Source: Lama glama (lineage: Eukaryota). Taken from it: DNA of 64,000 nt. The translations under genes were made by a program, and so were the position numbers. Shown in pieces: positions 1 to 11,165 of this stretch (positions are counted from its first letter, which is position 1; each line of letters starts with the position of its first letter). Where the stretch lies: NCBI GenBank assembly GCA_028534125.1, contig CM052818.1, positions 42,596,001 through 42,660,000 on the forward strand. Reading direction: 5' to 3'. The notes under the pieces were generated by a model, which did not search any database, was not told the DNA's origin, and saw only the letters and a program-made list of their open reading frames with translations.

Positions 1-47
1 GCATCTACATATGCTGCAGCCGCCTCCTCACTCTGCATGAAACTTAC

Positions 48-88
48 CGATGCTCACGTTCGACAAAAATATCCAGATTCAGTCTCAC
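48..88 (-). ncRNA. Candidate 41-nt exon of a putative minus-strand spliced transcript
   Basis: Minus strand reads ...ttcccccaaatctttcaaaattatag|GTGAGACTG...GAGCATCG|gtaagt: a pyrimidine-rich acceptor and a consensus donor. Sequence-only prediction. Confidence 0.35.
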
Positions 89-164
89 CTATAATTTTGA
101 AAGATTTGGGGGAAATTTTGGGAAAATTGAGGAATTCGAAGGGAAAGGAAATCGCACATACTTC

Positions 165-247
165 TGCTAACTTAACTGTTTAGTTTCCTCAATTGCAAAA
201 TGGGGATAATGATAGTGCGTACATCAGAGGGCTGTTGTAAGAACTAA
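165..247 (+). mobile_element. MIR SINE core fragment
   Basis: tagtttcctcaattgcaaaatggggataatgatagt...gggctgttgtaagaactaa matches the MIR core. Confidence 0.75.
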
Positions 248-417
248 GTCCTAACTTTTGTCATTATCCTAGTTCCCTTCTCTCCCCTCCCCTCTTCCCT
301 CCTCATCCCCATTCCTCCAAGATGGCTTTCTGGAAAGCAGCAAGTGTTTACTCCCCTCTGCAGCCTTCCTTTATGAAAACTATGAGGGCAACTGATACTC
401 ATACCACAAGGACTCAC

Positions 418-743
418 CTCTTCCAACAAAAAGTGTCTTCCTAAGAGGAATTCTGAACCAACCTTTGGGAGAATCGCGTTTTCTCCATCTTGTTGATGGC
501 CTCCTTCTGTGGGTCTTGAGGTGTCTTCTTGAAGTTGCTGCCGTGGAGATGACCTGCTGGTTTTGGGAGGTTGGCCTCTGGATGATAACTTCTGTCAACC
601 TCAAACACAGGCAATACGATCAGGAAAGTTATTTTGGTGATGGATTTGAAGGAAGGCCAGATTTTTTTCATTTTTTTCAGAAACAATGTTAACTCATCTT
701 GGATCCACCAAAAATCAGGACAGATATTTGTCACAAAGTGATC
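418..743 (-). ncRNA. Candidate 326-nt exon of a putative minus-strand spliced transcript
   Basis: Minus strand reads ...tcagtactcactacag|GATCAC...GGAAGAG|gtgagt. The donor is strong and the acceptor modest. No repeat recognised. One frame is open from 743 to the stop at 443-441. Confidence 0.35.
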
Positions 744-889
744 CTGTAGTGAGTACTGACTGAATGAAACAACTCAGCATTTAGACCAACCTGTCTTCTT
801 TCTTTCTCAAAACTGGTAAAAGGCTAAAGAGCTCCAATAGAATGGGACTCAAAAATGGTTTATCTATTCAACATGATAGTGTTGTGGCA

Positions 890-1105
890 GTGGAGTGCAG
901 TGGTGGAGGTATGACTGTCTTGTCAGTGTGCTGGATTTCTAAATCAGGCTCCTACACATACTCTGTGCCTCAGTTTTCTCATCTTTAAAATGGGGGTAAT
1001 GTTTATCTCATCAGGTCATTTTGAGAATTAAATCAGTTAATATACAGAAGGTGTTTAGGACACTGCCTGGCATACAGGCAGCGCTCTCTAAATGTTGGCT
1101 ACTAT
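890..1105 (+). mobile_element. MIR SINE, near full length
   Basis: ctctgtgcctcagttttctcatctttaaaatgggggtaat...cactgcctggcatacaggcagcgctctctaaatgttggct. Confidence 0.85.
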
Positions 1106-1699
1106 AATTCATACAATGAACATTTCTAAATTGAATACCAACCACGTCTTGTAAACTGTGCTGTCTGCTGGACAATATGGAGATAGATGCGTTGCCACAG
1201 GCTGTCAGGCATTTGGACCTCCTCTGGGAGGCTGAGAAGTGGGTAGCAATGAGAAAGCACTGGGATGAAGTCTTGGCTAGAGCTGTGTGCATAGAGCACC
1301 ACGAGGGCACAGAAGGGAATTTGCAATCAGATATTGACTCTCCAGAAAAAAAAAAGCCAGTGAATTCTTCTCCCCACAAATCTCTTATATTTACAGAGAT
1401 GTAAATGTAACGTGGCAGATAATGACCTAAAAATTATATTCATTTCCCCCCAAGTTCACTTAGTCTTACCAAATAGTGTAAAATAAAAGAGAACATTATT
1501 TCCAAAGCACTGACCTGGGAGCTGTCAATAAGGTAGAATTTTCAGGGCTACAAAGAAACAGTAGAGAATCAAACTCAAGAAGCAGTTTAGGGAACACAGT
1601 TTTCCTCCCAAGGGAAATGATAGAAATTCTAGTGTGAACAAATAAATGTTTGGGTAAAAATCTAAGGTAACAGAAATATTAACAGCCTGGGGGAACTGG

Positions 1700-2100
1700 A
1701 GAAAGATTCTCTGGGAAGATTGTATTTGAATCTGGTCCTGAAGGGTAAGTGGAACATGTCAGATGGGAAAGCCACTCCAGGGACAGGAAGGAGCATAGGA
1801 CTGCAGCTTGGAGTCATGGGAGATTAAGTGTCTTGAGGGAATTCCAAGTAGCTCAACTTGGCAGCAGTACAGGGATTGTGACAGTAAATGGTTAGCATTG
1901 TTTGGAGATGGAAGTTGAAGACAGGTCATGAAGGTCATATGCACTCTTAAGAAGCTTGAAATGTAATCTAGAATCAGTGGGAAGGGTTGTAAGAAGGAGA
2001 GAGATTTGATCACGCTTGATCACACACTGGTTGATGGATTGAAATTGCAAAATGGAAGGTGGTTGCAATGGTCAAATAAAGGATCACGTGGTCTCAAGCA
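1700..2100 (-). mobile_element. L2 LINE fragment
   Basis: Purine-rich antisense L2 3' pattern (tttgaatctggtcctgaagggtaagtgg...ccactccagggacagg...). Confidence 0.55.
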
Positions 2101-2139
2101 GGGCAAGTGCTGTGCAGACTGGTACACTGTTGAGCTGAT

Positions 2140-2155
2140 GCCACCAGAGGGTGAT
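2140..2155 (+). promoter_or_regulatory. CTCF-like core motif
   Basis: gCCACCAGAGGGTGat resembles the CTCF consensus CCASYAGRKGGCRS, with mismatches at the 3' end. Confidence 0.4.
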
Positions 2156-2254
2156 TCTCTGCTGTTGTAAGATGCTGTGGATTTCCACAGCACATCTTAG
2201 TTTCCAAGTGTAATTACAGACCTTACCTGCTGCCGGTGAACCTCAGTTAGAGCA

Positions 2255-2380
2255 AATAGGCATTATGTCTCATTTTTCAGATGAAGAAGCAGTTTCTTTA
2301 AGGTGAACTGACTTGTTCAAGGTCACAGAGTCAAAAGATAGTGGTGGAGCAAGGACCAGAGCAGGTACCTGGAGCCCTTC
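2255..2380 (-). mobile_element. MIR SINE fragment
   Basis: catttttcagatgaagaa...tgacttgttcaaggtcacag is the antisense MIR core. Confidence 0.7.
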
Positions 2381-4859
2381 TGCTGTGTCCGTTGCCATAT
2401 GTACCCAGGGAGTTCATCACAGTTCCTTTCTTTTCCATCACCCTGAAAGACATGAAGCTGAAATCCTAAACCTGGACCACTCAGCCTCTTTCATGTCACT
2501 TCACCTTTCCTCCATGCCCCTGCCACCCCCAGTCTTCCTTCGTTCCTGATCCCTTTTATAAACTTTGGAGCTTACTTTTCAGTTTCTACTGCTCTAGATC
2601 TTCTGGTCTTCTGTGATCATGGAGCCCCTATATTTTCTGACTTAGTAAGACCCCATTATTTCCTTAATATGGGGCCTTGTCTTCATTTTTAAGGGCAAGG
2701 TGTATAGCCTGTGTATTTCTTTGATTATATTTCAAAGTCATTCTCTGTGTATCATTGAGCCTCCTTTCCATAATTGTCTACTTTCTAAAAGCCAAGCCCT
2801 ATAAAACTATTAAATTAATACCTACCTTTAAGAATAATTAAATGTGGAAGATTTATAACAGGTATCCATGTTCCATGGCTCCCAAAAGAGTCTTTCCTCT
2901 TTCAGGTCTCCGCCCCTCATTTTTCATTCCTCGAAAAGAAATCTCAGGAATCGAATGATAAATTTGCTCCATTATTGCCACTTGGGCCCCTTGGTTCCTT
3001 CCCTCTGCTGTTAAACTGCTCAGCCGGTTCCTTGGAGCCTCCCTGTCTGTAAGCAGATCAGCTCTGATGCCCCTAGCATTTGCTCTCAAAGGTTCTACTG
3101 ATTTAGCATCAAATGTCAAAAGGAAAGTTAGCTATCATTAGATCCAGTCCTTTACAGATGGGAAAACAAAAACTCCGAGAGTGGAAGTGACCCCCAAGGG
3201 CACAGAGGAAGTGGGCTGTTGGAGGGGGGCAGAACCCAGGGCTGCGGCTCTTGGTCTGGACTTTTTCCTACTGTCGCACCCTGGCTTCTGTCTCTGCAAA
3301 GAAAATATTAATTTCAATGAAACGTGACTCTTGGGCAACCACAGGAATCAAGTGGAAGGTACCGTTCCTGACTTCACAGTCTGGCTCGGTGACAAGTTTA
3401 AAACACGTGGCAAGTTCAAGGACAAGGCAACTTCATCACGTGCCAAGACCTGTTAGAGAGTATGGAATAGGCTCAGCTGTGGCAGGTTAGATCGGTTTGG
3501 AGGAGACCGACCAGAGACTCCAGAATCAGCACGACTCGGGTTTGGATTCATATCTGCTGTTTGCCAGATAAGTAAACTCACTATGCCCCCTACTATCACG
3601 GAGCTTCAGGCTGCTTGTAGTGTGGAACAAATGAAGTAACAGAGATTCTGGGACTTAGCTGGCACTCGATAAATGGGAGCCGGGAAGGCTTCCTTGGTGG
3701 GGAAGATGGAACAGGTACAAGGGCTGAGTTGTATTCCGTTGTGTTCTGTTGAGGGACAGAGTCAGCAGGCGGCGCTAAGGGCTGGAGCCAGTGGGGCTGA
3801 GGAGACATGGACCTGGTGCGGAATCAAGAGAGGAGCCCAGCCAGGCTGGCTGAAGAGGAGGTTTCGGAAGGGGGTCAAGGAGCATGGCTAGAAAGCTGGG
3901 TAGAGGTGGGATTGGAGAAGGATTGGAAACTTCCCCAAGAAAGGTGTGAAATTCAATCCATCAATTCATATAATTTTAGAACTGGAAGGGCCCAAGAGAC
4001 AACCTAGTGCCCAGGCCCCCCAACTGAGCAGGGATGAGTAGGGACTGTGGTCCCATTTTATTGCTTGGGGCTCTGAGTTTCAGGAAGGTAAAATATCCTG
4101 CCTTAGTGTTCCACCCCTGGCACCCAGGCACTGGTCCATGCCTGTCCCATCCATGGCACCGCATTGCTTTCCAGGAAGCATTGCCTCCCGTGGTTGTATC
4201 TTCTGAGGCATCTGCTTTTTGGTAATTTTCATCCCTCTGTCTTTTACACCTCCCTCTGCCGACAGCCACCATCTCCAACAAAACCTGTTCCTCCTCCCGT
4301 CTCAGTTACTCACAGCACAGTCCATGTTGGGAGTCATTCTAGTGCTGACCCTCCCTTCCCCCATTCCCTGTAGAACTTAAATTTTAGGCAAGTCTAAAGC
4401 CTGGACATGCCAGGGGATGGAGCATGGTCTTCAGTGGACAGAGGTCCTCACTGGTCCTCTGCACCTGGAGAGGAGGGTGGCATAGCCACCACAGTCTGTA
4501 GGAAAGCTGGGGGTGGTCTAAAGCGTGCAGTCCCCCCACCACTCCATGCGACTGTGACGTTCTCAGCTGGATCAGGTAGTCCCACCGTTAGCAGATCCCA
4601 TGGTTGGGATCTGGAAGCCCAAGGGGGAAGTTTTCCCGTTCAGTGTGGGCACTCCTGCTGGGGGCTTGCTCTGTCCCAGGTTCTTAAGGTAGTTCTTGTA
4701 TCCTTTACTGACATGAACGTGGATCCTTTGCCTGTGTCTGCTGGTGTCTTACTGACGACCCCATCTTCAGTCATCTCCGCTCTTACTGCCGCAGTCCTGA
4801 CTTTCATCTTTCCTCTCCATCAAATTCGTCTTGCTCAGGTCCAAACGGCTTCCCTGCCT

Positions 4860-5330
4860 CTGTGCTTTCTCCCTGCAGATTTTTGCTCTCACTGCAGCCA
4901 CTGCAGTTCAGTTGAATACGTGTCCCGTCCATTGTCCCGGCTTCACCTCTCAGCTCCGGCCACACTAACCAGCGCCAGCCACTGACTGAGACACCCTTTC
5001 TCCTGCCTCCAGGAATTTGTCTAGGCCATTTCTTCTGCCCAGAACATTCTTCTCTGCTCATTCCCTCCCACTTTTGCCCCATTTTTTCTGGTTAACTGGT
5101 ATCTTTCCGTCATGATACAGCTTTAATATTGCATCTGGGCAGCCGGGTGACACTCTCCAGACAGGGCCAGTCGCTTCTAAGTGTGCACATCTCCTGGCGC
5201 TTAATATCCTGTTTACTTGACTTTTTTCTCTCTCAGGGCAGGGACTTCACTGCTGCGCATTATGTGTCCAGAGCCTGGCATGTCGTGGGAACTCCACTAG
5301 CATTACTGGAATCGGTGAACTTTCTGTCAA
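4860..5330 (+). mobile_element. L2 LINE 3' fragment
   Basis: Pyrimidine-rich L2 pattern ending cagggcagggacttc...tgtgtccagagcctggcatg. Confidence 0.55.
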
Positions 5331-5734
5331 GTTCTCTGCTGGGTGCCGGGTGTTTCTGACCTTGAAAATGCTCACTGCCTGAAAGCTTATCTTAAAACAC
5401 AATTGTCCAGATCGCTTCTTGCTTTAACAGCTTGCATTATGGGCATCGTGGACACCAGGGTGGGATGTGAAATGCCCCGGACCTGGCAGGTCGAAGGAAC
5501 CGGCTCCTCCTCTGTGTACTCAGAGCATTTTATACAGGCTTTCATTACAGCTCTCATCCCATTAGCCTCGATTTTCTCTTTTAAATGCTCTCTCTGACCA
5601 GACCCCGAATTATCTCTGGGTTCCTCTTGCTTAGCTCAGGCCCTGGAACTGAGTGGGTGCAAAACAAGTGTTTGCATGATTAAATTTCCAAAGAGGCAAA
5701 GGGAGAGGAAAGGGAAAAAACATCCATGTCCTCC

Positions 5735-6112
5735 TGTTATGGACCGAATGTTTGTGTCCGCCCCAAATTTATGTATTGGAAGCCTGGCCTTGCCATGTGA
5801 TGGTATTAGATGGTAGGCCCTTTGTGAGGTGACTGTTAAGATTAGATGAGGTCATGAGGCTGAAGCCCCCGTGGTGGGATTAGTGCCCTTATAAGCATCA
5901 CTAGAGAGCTGGCCTCCGCTCTCTGCCATGTGAAGACATAGTGAGAAGTGAGCAGTCTGTGACCGGAGAGAGGGTTCTCAACAGAACCTGACCACGCTGG
6001 CGCCCCGATCTCAAACTTCCAGCCTCCAGAACTCTGAGAAATGAATTTCTGTTGTTTGTAAGCCACCCAGTCTATGGTATTTTTTGTTACAGCATCTGTG
6101 CTGACTAAGACA
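5735..6112 (+). mobile_element. MaLR solo LTR (MLT1A/MLT1A0-like)
   Basis: Starts tgttatggaccgaatgtttgtgtc and ends ctgactaagaca (TG...CA). Contains the hallmark ttccagcctccagaactctgagaaat...agccacccagtctatggtatttt. Perfect 5-bp TSD cctcc at 5730-5734 and 6113-6117. Confidence 0.92.
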
Positions 6113-6689
6113 CCTCCCACACCTGTCATCTGAAAGAGGAAGAAATGAGAAAGATGGAGGCCCTGGAGGAGGGCTCTGGTCAAATCTCTCTGCTGACTTC
6201 ATGCTGTCATCCACTCTGTGAGCACCAGGGGCTGGGAGCACCACTTTATGTGCTTTTCGTGCAGGAATTCTGGAACTCTGCTAAGATGCTGCTGCTGCTG
6301 GGGTGTCAGGTTCCTGGAACAAGGCAGGAAGTTGGGGGGGGATGCCCTGGGCTGGGCTCAGTGGGGATGACTGGCAGAGACAGGGTCCTTTCTGAGGGGC
6401 AAAGAAAGTGAGGAGGGGTGGCTCTTAACATCGAGAGTTAAAGAAGATCAGAGAGGAAAAAATGTTTAATCCGTGTTTTCACTTCTCCCACCAAGGCAAT
6501 GAAGACATTTTCCTCCCATCTGGATTCCTTGGACATCTAAGATGTATGGGGACCAGAGGCAGATAGCAAAATTATTTTAAAAAAATGCAAAAGTTTCATT
6601 GCCAGGCAATCTAGGTTCAAAAGCACCCCTGGGAGGAGTTTAACACGTGTATGCAACTCTACCTACCGCAAGGTCAGTTACATAATGAC

Positions 6690-6815
6690 TTAACTTCATC
6701 CGTAAAATGAGACTAATGCTAACTACCTCCTCGAGCAGCTCTGAGAATTAAGCGTAAGAGACGATGTCAAGACTTACTTTCATGTCTATCACAGAGGAAG
6801 TGTTCAATAAAAGGG
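6690..6815 (+). mobile_element. MIR SINE fragment
   Basis: cttcatccgtaaaatgagactaatgctaactacctc...gtgttcaataaa. Confidence 0.6.
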
Positions 6816-7924
6816 AGCTTCACTCCTGTCTAATGAGGATTTCAGAGTTCTTATATTAAATAAATAAACATAAGACTTTGGGGAAAATGTAAATCCCTGG
6901 TTTAATGAGCTGGATAGGCTAAAAGTCCCCTTCCATTGGGCTGATGTGATCCCTGAGTGCGTAACACTTGGAACTTCGTGCTGCTCCCAAGCTCAGATTT
7001 GCTTTACTGGTATAATTTAGAAATGAGAAAACAAATCCATCAAGACGTCCCAAGGGACGTCCAACAGATAAATTGCCCCAACCACAAAGTCCATGGAAGC
7101 TGGTGATGGTGGGAGCGGGAGGGAGCAAGTAGAACAGGGCTTTGGTTGTGCCAAGTGGCTGTAAGGCAGGAAGGGACTGGAGAGTGTGGCATGGTTTGTG
7201 CCGTTTCTGGACCACTCCCTGCCCCATCTGCTCAACTCAGTGGTCAAATGGGAAGTATTTTCCTACCTAATTCCTATCCTCTCTTTACTGTCAGTAGGCA
7301 ATCTAGAGGATAAAATTCAAACTCACTGATGGAGGCAAAATGGTACAAATCTAAGTCTGCAATAGAATTAGAACCAGGATGGTGACCTGCGGAGTGTAGG
7401 TGGAACATCTTCTCTTAGCTGGGTCGAAGGTGAGCCCCTCTGGCTCCAGTAGACACCAATCAAAACTAAATTTCCTTTCCCCAAACCCTCAGGGACCTTA
7501 TGCAAGAAGAAGAGGAGCTACTTCTTCAAGTGCTACAGAAATAAAGCTTCTAAAATTCTCCCTGCTCGATACAGTTAATGACAACTCAGACATTGCATTC
7601 CACAATTGTGTCTGGATCTTCACTGGGACAGTAATTAAAGGAGCAGTATATTCTTCTTTTCCTTTTTGTTCATGTAGGAATCCTAGGCCAAGGGTCACCT
7701 TTCTGAGAAGATCTTCCCTGATTTGGTGCCCCCTCCCTCCCCCACCCAGCGTCAGCCAGGCGCACCACCCTGTCCTCCAAGTCGCACCTTCTTACCTCCG
7801 TCTTACAGCCTGCCATGCAGGTCTGTACCCACCTGCTATATGCCCCGCTAGAGGAAGCACCCTCCCAGACAGGGCAAGGTTTCACTCAGTAACTCCATAG
7901 GAAGTGAGCCCGTATCTCTGAAAA

Positions 7925-8110
7925 CCACCCAGACCTGGGTTCAAGCCCCAGCTCTGCTGGTGACTAGCCGTGTGAGCTGGTGCTCGTCCATTTCTGCTTG
8001 GAGCCCAGTTTTGCCAGTGGTGCCACGGAGAGACTTGTGCTGAGCTTTCAGAGCTGGGGTGAGGATTAAATGAGATACTGTGTCTGAAACACTCGTACTG
8101 TATGCAATTT
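7925..8110 (+). mobile_element. MIR SINE
   Basis: agacctgggttcaagccccagctctgc...tagccgtgtgagctgg...gtgaggattaaatgagata. Confidence 0.75.
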
Positions 8111-8313
8111 AGAGAAGGATTAGAAGGTTTTCTTTTTTTTGGTTGAATGAATAGATAATCCACCCCCACGGCTGCCTGGAGAAATAGGAGGCACTTTGTA
8201 TAACAGCAAGACGCCCCCCTTGGGACTTGGTAGAATGGCTCCTGCAGCCTGTTGGCTGTGCTTTAAAGGAGTACACATGGTGTTTTCTCAAACTGTATTT
8301 GAAAATAGCTTAC

Positions 8314-8613
8314 ATCCTGTTATAAGATAAATAGGTTCTGGAATCGAATGTACCTCATGGTGACTGCAGTTAATAACACAGTACTGTATACCATGAGTTG
8401 AGCTGATCTTAAAGTTGAGTAGCTCTTAAAAGTTCTTACCTTACACACACACAAAAGTTCGCTGTGTGAGGTGATGGGTGTGTTAACTAATCTTATTGGG
8501 GTAATCATAGTGCAATAGACACATACATCAAGTCATGTTGGACATCTTGTGTATATTACACAATGTTATATGTTAATTATATCTCAATAAGGCTAGAAAA
8601 AAGTAGGAAAAAA
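8314..8613 (+). mobile_element. 5'-truncated L1 3' end (L1MA9-like)
   Basis: 3' UTR pattern ending ttatatctcaataaggctagaaaaaa. TSD gaaaatagcttac (8301-8313) / gaaaagagcttac (8614-8626). Confidence 0.85.
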
Positions 8614-8714
8614 GAAAAGAGCTTACTTTGAGTTACTCTTGGAATATTTGAAAAATAATTAAAAAAAAATAGAAGTGACCGTGTAAGAGACATAGTGAGT
8701 AAGAAAAATAAATT

Positions 8715-8794
8715 CATCCCCACTACTTCCATTAAAATAAATAAATAAATGAAACAAATAAACCTAATTTCCTTCCCTCCCCCCAAGAAAAAAT
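8715..8794 (+). mobile_element. Vic-1-type camelid SINE, 3' fragment
   Basis: catccccactacttccattaaaataaataaata...aaacctaatttcc..cccc plus an A tail. TSD agaaaaataaatt (8702-8714) / agaaaagtaaatt (8795-8807). Confidence 0.75.
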
Positions 8795-11039
8795 AGAAAA
8801 GTAAATTACTAAGAATCTGAACACTAAGGTTTAAATTCTGACCCTGACATTTTGGGAGCTTGGGGAAAGCACACCTCATATTGAAGATGCAATTTCCACA
8901 GATGTTAAATGGAGTTGAGGGTCATTAATTAATTAACTAATTACATGAAGATGTCTTGAGTGTTTACTATGTCAGGAACTGCACTAATGACCACGGGTTA
9001 AGGGGGATGCATTAATACATCTAGATTACCCTGAATATTTCCTTCCAAATATTAGATTCTGTAATCCTATGAATTCTCTAGGTTGACATTGCAGTGGGAT
9101 TCTGTAGCTCTTAGGAACAGTAGCTAATTTTATAGCAGACAGACTCATTATTTGCCACTAAAGAATGTTTCTAGCCTCTGGGATAAAGTGAGGCTCCAGT
9201 GTGAAACTATGCAACAAATTGCTAAGAAATTCTATTGTTAGTGGCTTTTTCAGCTCTGCTCTTGTGTGGAATGCAGGAACTTGAGTGTCTCTGATACAGG
9301 TAGCGTAAGGCTGGTTACGAGGTGTCTGGCGATCCTTCATTCTGAGGGGTTTGGTGAGCCATCGAGAGTCTGAGTAGGACCACGACTAGAAGCTCTGCTG
9401 TAGGGAGATTCATTTGACAAGTTATGCACGTGCTTCCAAGCTTGGAGGGCGAGAGCCTGGTGAATATGCTAATAGTCTTATGCCAAGGATGAGTAAGGAG
9501 GACTCGTGTCTTCATTAGCCATCGTAAAACCCTTAAGGAGACCCGCCCTTGAGTTCCTTTTGTTGAGCGTGGTGTTTGCAGAGAAGAAGGCAGCTCTGCT
9601 GAGAGATTCCTGGCTCTGGACTTTCACAGCAGGAGGAGCTAGGTCTTAACTGTTCATTACTGGGCTTGAGATTCCAAAGAAAAGGATCGTATCTCTAATT
9701 ACACTTTCAGCATAACTGGAAATCATTTCCCCTTTTAGATTCAGACTCAGCTGCTATGACTTGAACCCCTGCTGTGTGCCCGGGCCGGGCGAACCAGGCT
9801 AACCAGGCTGTCATCCCTTCCATTCTCCGGTCCTCAGTTTCTCCATGTGTCAGTAGACGGTTTGGACTTCAGCTCTGATGTTCCCCCATTTCCCTGTGGG
9901 AAGTGGGACTCTGGGTCCCTTAGGGACAGCTGGCAGTTCCTAAACCCTGGGGAAAAAAAAAAAAAAGAAAAAAGGCAGTTCTGCCTGGGTCAGCAAAGTC
10001 ATCTTGGTTTTAGCTTCAACTCTCTGAGGAACTTTTGGAAAAAATCACCTCTCCTTTTTGGGCCTCAGTTTCTACAGGGTAAAGTAAGGGATTTGGAAGA
10101 CACTTTGATGTTTGGTGATTTGGGGTCTGGAATATCTGAGAAGCTGCTGGAAAGGTTCCCAACTAGCCTGAGAGAAATAGCAGACTTGCCAATTGGATAA
10201 AAAAAGCAACGGCCGTTGCAGCCCGTTTTCAAACGAGGGGAGAGCCTTTCCTCTTTCCTCTGTGGGTGTTATGTTTGCATTTTGAAGATAAAGCAGAGAA
10301 AGCAGGGACCAGAACAAATGAGGATGTGGAAGGGCCTTGAAAGGCTCGATCCACAGTTTGATAACAATTCGTGGCTGGAAATAAGAGACCAAGTCCTAAG
10401 ACAAAATCAGCGGAAAATCTCCACAATCAGATAGTCCGTCGCTATGACAGTTGAGTTTGAAGTCTCTGAATTGCGCACAGTCCTCCGGGGGAGAGGGTGA
10501 CGGTGCAGCGGCGGCACGAACAGCAATTACCCTGCTTTCTGGGCTCCGGGAAGTATTTTGAGCCCGTCAGCAAAGCATCCATCTGCTCTGCCTTCCTCCT
10601 TCCTAAAAAGTGCATCTGCAGGAGAGCCCAGGGCGGAAGGCCAGTAGAGCTGTGCTCCGGCTCCCTTTGCACACTTAGGTGAGGGGCAGTGATTCTGATA
10701 AAGAGCTCCCTGCTCTTGCCGGGAGTAGCCATGCAAGAAGGAGCAAATGTTTTTTGAAGCTCGCAGAGGTCCACGTGTACCTGTTCTGCTGAAATACGGT
10801 GCATGCTGCCTGCAGGGCTCTGGCGGGGAGCGAAGCGGGCTTGCCATTCTCCAAGCGCCCCTTGAGGCATTCGTGCAAACACAGGCCATGTGGAATTTCC
10901 ATGGGTGCCTGGACGTCGTGGGGAGTGTATCCACCTACTAAGTGGGTTGTGAGTCTTCCCAGACTTTCCCTTGGCCCTTTACTCCATTCGGGAAGGTTTT
11001 ATTAGATGCTTCCTATGTGACAAGTACGCCCCTTCCCCA

Positions 11040-11165
11040 CTCACTCTCCATCCCTTTTAGAATGTAAGTTCCAGGAGAGCAAATATTTTGTTAGTTTTGT
11101 TCACGGATGAGTATCAATCGTCTATAAAAATGCCTGGCACGTAGTAGACTGTTACACATATTTAG
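11040..11165 (+). mobile_element. L2 LINE 3' end
   Basis: tagaatgtaagttccaggagagc...ttttgttcac...tgcctggcacgtagtag. Confidence 0.75.

Noticed and set aside
4407..4985. 192-aa plus-strand ORF
   Set aside because: No recognisable domain or exon structure, it runs into L2-like sequence, and it is consistent with a chance ORF.
7400..7900. 166-aa plus-strand ORF
   Set aside because: Non-ATG start, no recognisable homology and no supporting splice pattern.
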